Below, one piece after another: positions 8,377 through 18,054 of a DNA stretch of 32,000 nucleotides. The translations under genes and the position numbers were made by a program. Under the pieces are notes generated by a model. That model was given only the letters and a program-made list of their open reading frames with translations, had not been told where the DNA came from and did not search any database. Within the stretch, counting starts at the first letter, position 1. Each line of letters begins with the position of its first letter. Source of the DNA: Candidatus Methylomirabilis limnetica (lineage in GTDB: Bacteria; Methylomirabilota; Methylomirabilia; Methylomirabilales; Methylomirabilaceae); assembly GCF_003044035.1 (NCBI RefSeq), contig NZ_NVQC01000040.1, positions 1,213-33,212 on the forward strand, read 5' to 3'.

Positions 8377-9516
8377 GTGTCTAATCCTCTGCGGACAGCC
8401 GACTTTGACTACATCCTGCCCCCCGATCTGATTGCCCAGGCGCCCGCTCCAGAGCGTGATCGCTCGCGGCTCCTGGTCCTTGATCGGAACACGGGCGTCC
8501 TGCAACATCGAATCTTCCGAGATCTTCCAGAATACCTCCTTCCAGGAGATCTGTTGGTCGTCAATGAGGCTAAAGTGATCCCCGCCAGGCTCTTTGGTCG
8601 ATCCGAGCGGCGACATCTCATCGAGGTATTGCTCCTGTGTGAAGTTGAAGCCGATCCCGACTTAAAGCGTGCCGGAACAAGCTGCTGGGAGGCTTTGGTC
8701 AAGCCATCCAGACAGGTTCGGACCGGCGACCGCCTTGCCCTGGCAGATGAAACGATCACGGCCGAGGTGATAGAGAAACGCGGTGAGGGACGCCACCTGC
8801 TCAAGCTCGCGTATGACGGAAAACTCGCCGACCTCCTGTGGCAATTCGGCCAGATGCCGGTTCCACCGTACATCAAAAGGCAGCGATCAGCGATCAGCAG
8901 TCAGCAGTCAGCAAAAGACGATCTGACTTCTCCATACCCTATACCCTATCCCCTAGACCCTGTTCTTTTGGATCGCGAGCGGTACCAAACGGTATACGCA
9001 AAGCATGAAGGGGCCATTGCGGCGCCTACGGCCGGCCTCCACTTCACACCGGAACTGATCGAAACGCTTACGCGGCAGGGCGTCGCCGTAGCCCCGATCA
9101 CCCTCTATGTCGGCCCTGGTACGTTTCGTCCTATTCGGGTGGAGGAGGTTTCTGCGCATCAGATGGAGTCGGAGCGTTACATTGTTCCGGAACAGACGGC
9201 CCTGGCGGTCAAAGCCGCAAAGAGAGAGGGGCGGAGGGTGATCGCGGTCGGGACTACGACCGTCCGGGCACTTGAGCACGCCGCAGTCGATGGCGACGTG
9301 AGGTCCGGGGCCGGTGCAACAGACCTCTTTATCTATCCGGGCTATCGCTATAGGTGCATCGACGCCCTGATCACCAACTTTCATCTTCCTCGCTCCACCC
9401 TCTTCATGCTGGTCTCAGCCTTCGCAGGCCGGGATGCCGTCCTGGCTGCGTATTGTGAGGCTATCGCCCTACGCTACCGTTTCTATTCCTACGGCGACGC
9501 GATGTTGATTGTATGA
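8377..9516 (+). CDS. queA: tRNA preQ1(34) S-adenosylmethionine ribosyltransferase-isomerase QueA, carrying a repeat-derived insertion
   Basis: GTG start. Motifs: DFDYILPPDLIAQAP, PPYIKR...YQTVYA, APTAGLHFT, AVGTTTVRALE, TNFHLPRSTL, FYSYGDAMLI. Confidence 0.95.
   Translation: MSNPLRTADFDYILPPDLIAQAPAPERDRSRLLVLDRNTGVLQHRIFRDLPEYLLPGDLLVVNEAKVIPARLFGRSERRHLIEVLLLCEVEADPDLKRAGTSCWEALVKPSRQVRTGDRLALADETITAEVIEKRGEGRHLLKLAYDGKLADLLWQFGQMPVPPYIKRQRSAISSQQSAKDDLTSPYPIPYPLDPVLLDRERYQTVYAKHEGAIAAPTAGLHFTPELIETLTRQGVAVAPITLYVGPGTFRPIRVEEVSAHQMESERYIVPEQTALAVKAAKREGRRVIAVGTTTVRALEHAAVDGDVRSGAGATDLFIYPGYRYRCIDALITNFHLPRSTLFMLVSAFAGRDAVLAAYCEAIALRYRFYSYGDAMLIV
8881..8968. repeat. Heptamer repeats inside queA: TCAGC-type run, 20-nt spacer, ACCCT-type run
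   Basis: CAGCGAT CAGCGAT CAGCAGT CAGCAGT CAGCA (8881-8913), then ATACCCT ATACCCT ATCCCCT AGACCCT GTTCTTT (8934-8968). Confidence 0.9.
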
Positions 9517-9553
9517 TAAGGTAGCCGGATGGCAATCAGCGGATTCTGACCTA

Positions 9554-10726
<1,173 letters not shown>

Positions 10727-10754
10727 CAGAAGAAAACCAAGAGGAGGTAAGAAA

Positions 10755-11084
10755 ATGGGAATGGCGTTTGCGCAGGATGCAACACCGGGAGGTCCACCTT
10801 CAGGCATGCTCGGGGCCCTCATCACTCCGATAGCAATATTCGTTGTCTTTTATTTCTTAATGATTCGCCCCCAGCAGAAGAAGTCGCGAGAGCAAAAGGA
10901 TATGCTCGAAAACCTGAAGACCGGCGATGAAATCATAAGCACTGGAGGATTGTACGGTACAATAGTCAAGTTTGGTGATAACGACCGGGTCAAGGTCAAG
11001 ATCGCCGAGAATGTCACGATTGAGATCGCCAGAAGCGCCCTCACCGGTAAGGTCACTACGACGACGGAGGTGGCGAAGAGTTAG
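10755..11084 (+). CDS. yajC: Preprotein translocase subunit YajC
   Basis: GAGGAGG upstream. One TM helix, then FLMIRPQQKKSREQKDMLENLKTGDEIISTGGLYGTIVKF. Confidence 0.9.
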   Translation: MGMAFAQDATPGGPPSGMLGALITPIAIFVVFYFLMIRPQQKKSREQKDMLENLKTGDEIISTGGLYGTIVKFGDNDRVKVKIAENVTIEIARSALTGKVTTTTEVAKS

Positions 11085-11429
11085 AGCGATTAAGCCTGTC
11101 CTCATATGCTTTATTACGGGGAGCATAAAATAGATTGCACTCTTGCACAACATCTCCAGCAACTTCCCCATTTGCTAAAGGGGGTAGGCTATTTTAGGCT
11201 CTGAGTAATAAGTGGGGAACTACACCTCCAGGGTAGTGCACTTCAGGTGCTGGCTCTCCCGGACGCTAAGCAAGATCTGGTGATCCTGAGCTTGGGTGCG
11301 TAGCTCGTTCAGTCGAAGGAAGCAATGGGTGGCAGGCACCCGCCTAGACGAGCATCTATTGGAAGAGCTCAACTGGTAGGTGGTAGGAGCAGCGTCCGTC
11401 CATGAGACGGCTTGTTGCAGACCTGACTG

Positions 11430-12503
11430 CTAACGGGCTACGGCTTTCTCCTCCCATGCCGCATAGTCTTCGGTGAAATATTTAAGCCGAACTTTTTTGA
11501 ATTCTCGCGTCGTCCACAGCATCGCGTAATCGCCGATACCCGTCTCTCGGCTGATCTCCGCTACCGTCTCCTCACAGGCTTCGCGGCTCTTCTGATGGAC
11601 CATCGTAAAGAGCGTAAACGGCCACTCCGGGTAGATAGGGCGCTGATAGCAGTGGCTCACCGCGCGAAACTGCGCCATTTGATGTCCTGTGACCTCTATC
11701 TTTTCTTCAGGTATAGGCCACGCCACCATCACGTTCCCGGTATAGCCGGCCTTACGGTGGTTGAGGATCGCGGCAAAGCGACGCATGATGTTTCGCCGTA
11801 AAAGTTCTTGGGCGCCGGCCAACAGTGCCTCAACTTCCAGTCCGCACTGCCGGGCGACCTCGCGAAACGGCTCCTCTGCGAGCGCCAGATCATGTTGCAG
11901 AACTCGTACGATCTGGCGCTCCGTAGGATTTAAGCAATACCCGGTAGCGTGGCCGTTACCCGCGAAGAAATTGCCCTTTTCCTTGCGCGTACCTGTACCT
12001 TCAGCGTCCATATCCAGGCGCACCCCGATCTTGAAGACTCTGAGCGTCGGAAAAAGCCGTACCGCGTCAGCGCCTGTATCTCGCGCTAAAACGGCTACGC
12101 TACCCTCAAGCCCGAGTTGGCTTTCAGACTCAACCGCGAGGGTAAACCATACATTATACGGAAAACACGCCTCAGGCGTGTAGCCGCTGGAGAATACGCA
12201 CGAACGCAGGTAGTTGTGGCTTACGCCCGGATGAGCGTTAATCCAGACGGCAGCCTGGTCAATACGCTCCTCACGCAATCGGAATCCGACCAGCGATGAC
12301 CGATAGCCAAGGCGCGACGTGTCGAAGATGGCGCCGATGTTCCGGATGAGGCTTTCGGCTTTGAGTCGGGCAACACGCCCGAGCACATCGCCTTCGGTCA
12401 GTCCCAGGCCTTCGCCGAGGGCACGGTAAGGGCGCTCCACAAGTGGGATACCGGCCTGTATAGCGTCCAACAATTTACCGTCAATTGTGTCTATCCCGAC
12501 CAC
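11430..12503 (-). CDS. nirDL: Fused two-module siroheme decarboxylase (NirD/NirL- or NirG/NirH-type, AhbA/B-like; heme d1 biosynthesis)
   Basis: 357 aa with two Lrp/AsnC-like modules. Module 1: DGKLLDAIQAGIPLVERPYRALGE...HPGVSHNY. Module 2: ERQIVRVLQHDLALAEEPFREVA...AVSHCYQR. It lies in the nirS/J/F context. Confidence 0.85.
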   Translation of the reverse strand: MVGIDTIDGKLLDAIQAGIPLVERPYRALGEGLGLTEGDVLGRVARLKAESLIRNIGAIFDTSRLGYRSSLVGFRLREERIDQAAVWINAHPGVSHNYLRSCVFSSGYTPEACFPYNVWFTLAVESESQLGLEGSVAVLARDTGADAVRLFPTLRVFKIGVRLDMDAEGTGTRKEKGNFFAGNGHATGYCLNPTERQIVRVLQHDLALAEEPFREVARQCGLEVEALLAGAQELLRRNIMRRFAAILNHRKAGYTGNVMVAWPIPEEKIEVTGHQMAQFRAVSHCYQRPIYPEWPFTLFTMVHQKSREACEETVAEISRETGIGDYAMLWTTREFKKVRLKYFTEDYAAWEEKAVAR

Positions 12504-12590
12504 TGGAATCCCTCACCTTTTGTCACCCGAACTTGCGCACTCGGGTGGCGATCATGACAGGGGAATACCCTCGACTTGCTTCGGATCCTT

Positions 12591-12926
12591 TTACTCTGGT
12601 CTCTTCTCTTCCTGAGACGGAACGGCCGGGAACGCCTTCACTGACAGGTCTTGGCCAATATGACATTGCAGGCAAAAATCATTACGCGTAGGATGTGGAG
12701 TGATTGGAGCCCCGATCATCCCGATTCCGTGGCATGCCAGGCACATTCCTTTCCTCGCTTCCGCATCGTGGGGGATCAAAGGCGGGGCGCCTTCATAGGC
12801 GCGAGGCAGTCTCTTGCTGCCTTGTTGGGGAGCAACCTGCTCGGAGAATGCGCTCCCACTCAGAGTAGTCAGTAAACCAAAGAGGAAAATCCAGAAGAAG
12901 ATTGTTTTGAGTGGCTTCATGATCAT
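12591..12926 (-). CDS. napB: Periplasmic nitrate reductase diheme cytochrome c subunit NapB
   Basis: Signal peptide, two CxxCH motifs (CLACH, CLQCH) and the PPLIPH motif. It starts 3 nt after the napA stop. Confidence 0.85.
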   Translation of the reverse strand: MIMKPLKTIFFWIFLFGLLTTLSGSAFSEQVAPQQGSKRLPRAYEGAPPLIPHDAEARKGMCLACHGIGMIGAPITPHPTRNDFCLQCHIGQDLSVKAFPAVPSQEEKRPE

Positions 12927-12929
12927 CCT

Positions 12930-15299
12930 CTACGCCTTCTCGATCCGAACCGCGCATTTCTTAAAGTCCGGCTGCTTGGAAATAGGATCGTAGGCATCAA
13001 GCGTCACCAAATTGATGAGGACATTTTCGTCGAAGAAAGGTACAAAGACCACGCCTTTCGGAACCGTGTTTCTTCCGTTCACCTGGGCCTTGGCGATGAC
13101 CTCTCCGCGACGCGATTGAACGCGGACCGGATCCCCGGTCTTGATTCCCAAGGCGCCCGCGTCCTCGGCGTTGATCCACACGGGAGCAAAGGGGGCGGCA
13201 CGGTGAAGCTCAAGAACTCTCCTTGTAATGGTCCCTGTATGCCAGTGCTCAAGGACGCGACCTGTCGTGAGCCACAAAGGATATTTCTCATCGGGCTGCT
13301 CGGCTGGTGGCTCATAGGGTCGTGCCCAGATCACGGCGCGACCATCAGGCTGGCCGTAAAAACGGACGCCCTCGCCTTTCTTGACGTACGGGTCGAAGCC
13401 CTCCCTGTAGCGCCACCGCGTTTCTTTTCCCTCGACAACCGGCCAGCGCAGTCCGCCACGGACCTTCGCGTATACATCATAGGGCGCAAGATCTTTTCCA
13501 GACCCCAGGCCGAATTTTCGATACTCCTCAAAGAGTGCTTTTTGCAGGGGCTCCTCGCCGTAGGCGAACAGGTGTCCCATATCAAGACGCTTAGCTAGTT
13601 CGACGATCTGCCAGAGATCGTCCTTCGCTTCGCCGGGTGGATCTACCATCTTAAACCAGTGCTGCGTGCGTCGCTCGGTGTTACCAAACATCCCCTCCTT
13701 TTCGACCCACATGGCCGATGGAAGGATGAGATCGGCATGCCGAGCGGTTTCGCTGGGATACACCTCGGAGACCACGATAAACCGCTCGCCTCCCTTTCGC
13801 GCACCCTTGCGATAGCGACCCACATGCGGGAGAGTCTGAAAGGGGTTGGTGGTGTTGATCCACATGACCTTAATATCGCCGCGATCCAGGGCGCGAAACA
13901 TCTCCATGGTGTGATAGCCGGGCCTGGGTGAAATCTTCTCAACCGGGACATTCCAAATTTGCGCTGTTTTTTTCCGATGCTCTGGATTCGCGACAAACAT
14001 ACCGCCAGGAAGCGTGTGGGAGAGTACACCTGCTTCTCGCGTGGTCCCGCATGCTGAAGGCTGCCCGGTCAGCGATAAGGGACTGTTGCCGGGCTCGGCG
14101 ATTTTGCCGGTCAGGAGGTGAAGGTTATATACAAGGTTGTTGATCCAGGTGCCGCGAACGTGTTGGTTAAAGCCCATCGTCCAACAGGACACGGCCTTCC
14201 GTTTGGGGTCGCCCAAGAGCCGGGCAATCTGACGAATCGTATCTGCCGGGAGGCCGGAAAGTTTTTCAGCATATTCCGGTGTGTAGGTTTCCAGGAATGT
14301 TTTGTACTCCTCGAAACTTATCGGTTGAGCCTTGTCGGTAAAAGGTTTGTAGGTTTTCCAACTGGTTTCAGAAGCGCCGCCATACTCAAAGTTATCCTCT
14401 ACGCCATAGCCGATCTCTGTCAGCCCCTTTTTGAAGGTGACATGCTTCTGAATAAATGCCTCGTTTATGAGCCCTTCTTTCACGATGACATGCGCCATGG
14501 CATTCGCGAGGGCGAGGTCTGAGTGGGGCTTGAAAATAGCCACGATATCTGCGGGCTGATCGCTGCTGCGGTTCAGAAAGGTTTGCAGGCTGACGATCTT
14601 GACGTTCGCATCCTGGTGCTTCCGCTCCATCATCCGCGAGTAGAGGATCGGATGCGCCTCAGCAAAGTTAGAGCCCCAAATAAAAAAGGTATCGGTGAGT
14701 TCAATATCGTCGTAACACCCCATGGGCTCATCCATGCCAAAGGTCGAGAAGAAACCGGCCACGGCCGAGGCCATGCAGAGGCGCGGATTGCCCTCAAGGT
14801 TGTTAGAGCCAATCCCTGCCTTCATCAGTTTATTGATGGCGTAGCCTTCAAAGACCGTGGTTTGACCAGAGAAGTATGCGGCAACTGACTCTGGGCCATG
14901 CGCTTGGATAGCCCCCTTAAACTTGGAGGCCATGATATCCAACGCCTGGCTCCAAGAGATCTCGACAAACTTGTTGCCCTGGCGAAGCAGCGGCACCTTA
15001 TAGCGGTCACGGCCATAGAGAATCTTGGGAAGACTATAGCCTTTGATGCAGAGGAGGCCACGATTGACGGGAACCTCCGGATCTCCCTTGACAGCCACCA
15101 CCTTACCTTTTCGAAGACCCACCAGCACGCCGCATCCGACGCCACAGAAGCGACAGGGGCTCTTCTCCCAGGACTCTGCCGCCGCCTCGGCAGCCTCCGC
15201 TTGACCCACAGATCCAGGGAGTATTGCGCCAGAGGCGGAGACGATTGCCGCACCTGCTCCCGCCAAGGTCTTTAAAAGCTCTCTACGAGAAAGTTTCAT
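12930..15299 (-). CDS. napA: Periplasmic nitrate reductase catalytic subunit NapA (Mo-bisMGD, 4Fe-4S)
   Basis: Tat signal LSRRELLK. Fe-S motif CRFCGVGCG...C. Also NRGLLCIKGY, NPRLCMASAV and TGRVLEHWHTGT. 789 aa. Confidence 0.93.
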   Translation of the reverse strand: MKLSRRELLKTLAGAGAAIVSASGAILPGSVGQAEAAEAAAESWEKSPCRFCGVGCGVLVGLRKGKVVAVKGDPEVPVNRGLLCIKGYSLPKILYGRDRYKVPLLRQGNKFVEISWSQALDIMASKFKGAIQAHGPESVAAYFSGQTTVFEGYAINKLMKAGIGSNNLEGNPRLCMASAVAGFFSTFGMDEPMGCYDDIELTDTFFIWGSNFAEAHPILYSRMMERKHQDANVKIVSLQTFLNRSSDQPADIVAIFKPHSDLALANAMAHVIVKEGLINEAFIQKHVTFKKGLTEIGYGVEDNFEYGGASETSWKTYKPFTDKAQPISFEEYKTFLETYTPEYAEKLSGLPADTIRQIARLLGDPKRKAVSCWTMGFNQHVRGTWINNLVYNLHLLTGKIAEPGNSPLSLTGQPSACGTTREAGVLSHTLPGGMFVANPEHRKKTAQIWNVPVEKISPRPGYHTMEMFRALDRGDIKVMWINTTNPFQTLPHVGRYRKGARKGGERFIVVSEVYPSETARHADLILPSAMWVEKEGMFGNTERRTQHWFKMVDPPGEAKDDLWQIVELAKRLDMGHLFAYGEEPLQKALFEEYRKFGLGSGKDLAPYDVYAKVRGGLRWPVVEGKETRWRYREGFDPYVKKGEGVRFYGQPDGRAVIWARPYEPPAEQPDEKYPLWLTTGRVLEHWHTGTITRRVLELHRAAPFAPVWINAEDAGALGIKTGDPVRVQSRRGEVIAKAQVNGRNTVPKGVVFVPFFDENVLINLVTLDAYDPISKQPDFKKCAVRIEKA

Positions 15300-15347
15300 A
15301 GTTGACCTCTGTTGTCCAGATTAGCCGAAAACCGGCACCGTAATCTC

Positions 15348-16592
15348 TCACATCCCGAACTTGTGTGCCCGATTGGTAAAAAAGATCCCGGAGGGATGAT
15401 CCGCCGGGAACTCCTTCAACACCGTAAAGGTCGCCGTATCGTAGACAACCACTTTGCCGCCGTCCATGAGAGAGACGTATGCAGCCTCTCCCTTGGGCGT
15501 GAACTGCGGGTGTGTGGCCCCTGGCCCGGGATTGAGCGTCTTGACAACCTTCATGCTGTCAACGTCAATGACATCGATCAGGTCCCCGTTTTTGCCAATA
15601 ATGTCCACCCAGACCTGCCGTCCGTCAGGCCGCACTACGGTGTACAGCGCGGTGCCGCTGATCGGTATGGGCGTAAGCGGCGTCCAGTCGAGCGATGAAT
15701 ACACCAAGGCAACCTCACGCTTGAGCGCAGGAAGAAAAGCCAGCCTTCCAGTAAGAGCCCAGCCTTTGAGGTGTGGAATCTTCCACAGCGGAACCTCGGG
15801 ACCTTTACCTTGCTCGGCAAGGATCGGAGCGACCCGCTCGAGCTTCCACGTGTCGAGGAGTCCCATCCAGTTCGAGTCCAAAAAACCCGCGAGGTAGTAG
15901 CGCCCGTCCGGACTTATCAGAGCGTCGTAGGGTGTCTTCCCAACATCGGTGAACTTGCGGATGACCGGAAACTCTTTTTTCCCCGCATCCACAACCCATA
16001 CACTGTTGGCGTCCATCAGGGAAAACACAAGCAGATTCCCTGGCGCGTCGACTAACCCCGCTACCCGTGACGGAACCTCCTTTCCGCTCGCATCCGTGTG
16101 CAGTGCCGGGATCGTCTTCACCAGCTCTAGCGTGCCGGCATCCAGAATGCGCACCTCGCCGGGAATGTAATTGCTGAGCGCCACGTACTTGCCATCCTGG
16201 CTGATGACGCCGCCGACGGACAATCCCCCTGCGTTCACCTGCTTGACGAGCTTGAGAGTCAAGAGGTCAATCTTCGATACCTGGGCCTCGCGACCGATGA
16301 CGTAGGCATAGCGTGCATCCGGGGAAAATTTCACCGTCGCATGGGTGAGGTTTCCGAGCCCGGAAATCCGCCCCAGAAGCTCGTGGCGGGAGGAGTCGAT
16401 GACAAGGACACTACCGGCCAGTCGCTCGACGACGACCACCAACGACGCCGTGCCCCAACGCGGGTCATTGGCGCTCGATTGTATAGCAAGCCGAGAGCAA
16501 CTCGATAGTAATGGCAAGCCGAGAATAAGGAGAAAGAGAAAGGCCTTAGTGGACCGAGGTGAGCGTGACGGCACGACCGTTCTCCTTTCCAT
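15348..16592 (-). CDS. nirF: Heme d1 biosynthesis protein NirF (cytochrome d1-type beta-propeller), predicted lipoprotein
   Basis: 414 aa with d1-domain-like propeller repeats. The signal peptide has the lipobox LLSS|C. It lies between nirJ and napA and overlaps the nirJ 3' end by 47 nt. Confidence 0.85.
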   Translation of the reverse strand: MERRTVVPSRSPRSTKAFLFLLILGLPLLSSCSRLAIQSSANDPRWGTASLVVVVERLAGSVLVIDSSRHELLGRISGLGNLTHATVKFSPDARYAYVIGREAQVSKIDLLTLKLVKQVNAGGLSVGGVISQDGKYVALSNYIPGEVRILDAGTLELVKTIPALHTDASGKEVPSRVAGLVDAPGNLLVFSLMDANSVWVVDAGKKEFPVIRKFTDVGKTPYDALISPDGRYYLAGFLDSNWMGLLDTWKLERVAPILAEQGKGPEVPLWKIPHLKGWALTGRLAFLPALKREVALVYSSLDWTPLTPIPISGTALYTVVRPDGRQVWVDIIGKNGDLIDVIDVDSMKVVKTLNPGPGATHPQFTPKGEAAYVSLMDGGKVVVYDTATFTVLKEFPADHPSGIFFTNRAHKFGM

Positions 16593-17760
16593 CTGATGAG
16601 ATCCCCAACTCCTCGTCGCTCAGGTAGCAGCCCGGATCGGAAGCCCACTGGTCCCCGGTCGTTGCCTCCGCTCTTACCCTTGAATTGCCACCGCAAAGCT
16701 CAAGATGCGGACAGCGAGCGCAGCGGCCCTTGAGGGCGCGGCTGCGATCTTTAAGCACACGCATTACCGGATCGGCGGTATCTTCCCAGATCGCCGCAAA
16801 ACTCCTCTCGCGGACATTGCCGAAGGAGTAATGGCTCCAAAAAGGATCAGCATGGACGTTTCCGAGGCTATCGATGTTTGCCAGCGAGGTGCCGGAACTA
16901 TTCCCTCCTTGACGTTTCAGGAGACGGAGAATCGATTGCGCCCGCACAGGATCGGACCGTCGCATCTTCAAGTAGACGTAGACGCCATCGGCATCGTTAT
17001 TGCCGGTGGTCACTTCGATCTTTACGCCGCGGCGATGAAAATCCACAGCCCTTTGCATGAGATAATCGAGCGCGCCTTGCTTTTCCTCAGGCAGAAGATC
17101 GTCATGGACGAGTCCTGCGCCCCGTCCCGCATAGACCAGGTGCGAAAAGTAGAGGCGGTCCAGTTTCTCATTCTCTGCCATGTCAAAGATCGCCGGAAGA
17201 TCGGGGAGTATCCGGCGGCAAAGAGCGGTCCGAATACCAACTTTTATCCCTTCATCGCGAGAGAGGCGTAGCCCTTGTAGTGCCAGAGCAAATGAGCCTT
17301 GCATTCCGCGAAAGCGATCGTGTACTTGCCCGATTCCATCCAGACTCACGCCAACGTAGGTAATGCCGGCAAGCCGCAGTCTCTTCGCCGCCGTGGCGTC
17401 TATCAATGTACCGTTCGTTGACAGCGCGCAACGCACCCCCAGATCTTGGGCGTACTCAGCGAGCGTGTAGAGATCTTCCCGATATAAAGGATCTCCGCCG
17501 GAAAGGACGACCACCGGAATCCTATAGCGACCCAGATCAGCAATCAGCCGCTTTCCTTCATCAGTCGTCAGCTCATCGGCGTAGGCGCGGTCCTGCGATT
17601 GGCTGTAGCAGTGCAAGCAATGCAGGTTACAGCGCCGCGTCATGTTCCAGATGACCACCGGATTTTGGGCAGAGGGCGTTAAAGACGACCCCTCTTTCTG
17701 CCTCGAGGGTGTCTCAGGGTCCTGATCCGACCCGCACAATAGTTCCGTGATCCTCAGCAT
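16546..17760 (-). CDS. nirJ: Radical SAM / SPASM heme d1 biosynthesis protein NirJ
   Basis: CNLHCLHCY (CxxxCxxC). C-terminal Cys cluster CARCPHLELCGGNSR. Adjacent to nirS and nirF. Confidence 0.9.
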   Translation of the reverse strand: MLRITELLCGSDQDPETPSRQKEGSSLTPSAQNPVVIWNMTRRCNLHCLHCYSQSQDRAYADELTTDEGKRLIADLGRYRIPVVVLSGGDPLYREDLYTLAEYAQDLGVRCALSTNGTLIDATAAKRLRLAGITYVGVSLDGIGQVHDRFRGMQGSFALALQGLRLSRDEGIKVGIRTALCRRILPDLPAIFDMAENEKLDRLYFSHLVYAGRGAGLVHDDLLPEEKQGALDYLMQRAVDFHRRGVKIEVTTGNNDADGVYVYLKMRRSDPVRAQSILRLLKRQGGNSSGTSLANIDSLGNVHADPFWSHYSFGNVRERSFAAIWEDTADPVMRVLKDRSRALKGRCARCPHLELCGGNSRVRAEATTGDQWASDPGCYLSDEELGISSDGKENGRAVTLTSVH

Positions 17761-17805
17761 CGTCGATGATCCAGAGCCTCAGCCCGCACCGTTGATCAAC
17801 CCAGA

Positions 17806-17966
17806 GGGTAACTACTCAGGTAGATAGGCTGAAGGCTTTTAGGGGTAAGCCATGCGTGATCATACAAAACTCCGAAAAGGTCTTGAGTGGCTCGATTCGT
17901 GCCTTGCGAGATAATTTAGAACCTTCAGTCTTCAGCCTTCAGTCTAAACACCTGAGTAGTTACCCC
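17806..17966. repeat. MITE/REP-like element: ~31-nt imperfect terminal inverted repeats flanking ~98 nt
   Basis: Left arm GGGTAACTACTCAGGTAGATAGGCTGAAGGC (17806-17836). The reverse complement of the right arm (17935-17966) is GGGGTAACTACTCAGGTGTTTAGACTGAAGGC, with 27 of 31 positions matching. The inner right side carries CTTCAGT CTTCAGC CTTCAGT heptamers (17923-17943). Confidence 0.7.
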
Positions 17967-17993
17967 GGAGGAAACATCATAACACGTAATAGA

Positions 17994-18027
17994 CTACGGG
18001 GCGAGCCTTGAAGGGCTCGCCCCGTAG
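17994..18027 (-). terminator. Perfect 14-bp GC-rich hairpin 28 nt downstream of the nirS stop
   Basis: CTACGGGGCGAGCC-ttgaag-GGCTCGCCCCGTAG. On the transcribed strand it is followed by TCTATTACGTGTTAT, a weak U-tract. It could act as a terminator, attenuator or 3' stabiliser. Confidence 0.55.
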
Positions 18028-18054
18028 GTCCTGCTCTCCGTGCATCAGCCCAGA

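Noticed and set aside
11085-11429. Possible ncRNA or tRNA in the yajC-nirDL spacer (and a tRNA-like GGTTCG near 4243)
   Set aside because: No cloverleaf, T-loop consensus (GGTTCGAATCC-like with flanking stems) or known ncRNA signature could be built by eye. Covariance-model scanning is needed.
17852-17914. 20-codon ORF (MRDHTKLRKGLEWLDSCLAR) inside the MITE-like element, plus strand
   Set aside because: It is too short, lies opposite to the operon direction and has no support beyond a weak purine-rich upstream stretch.
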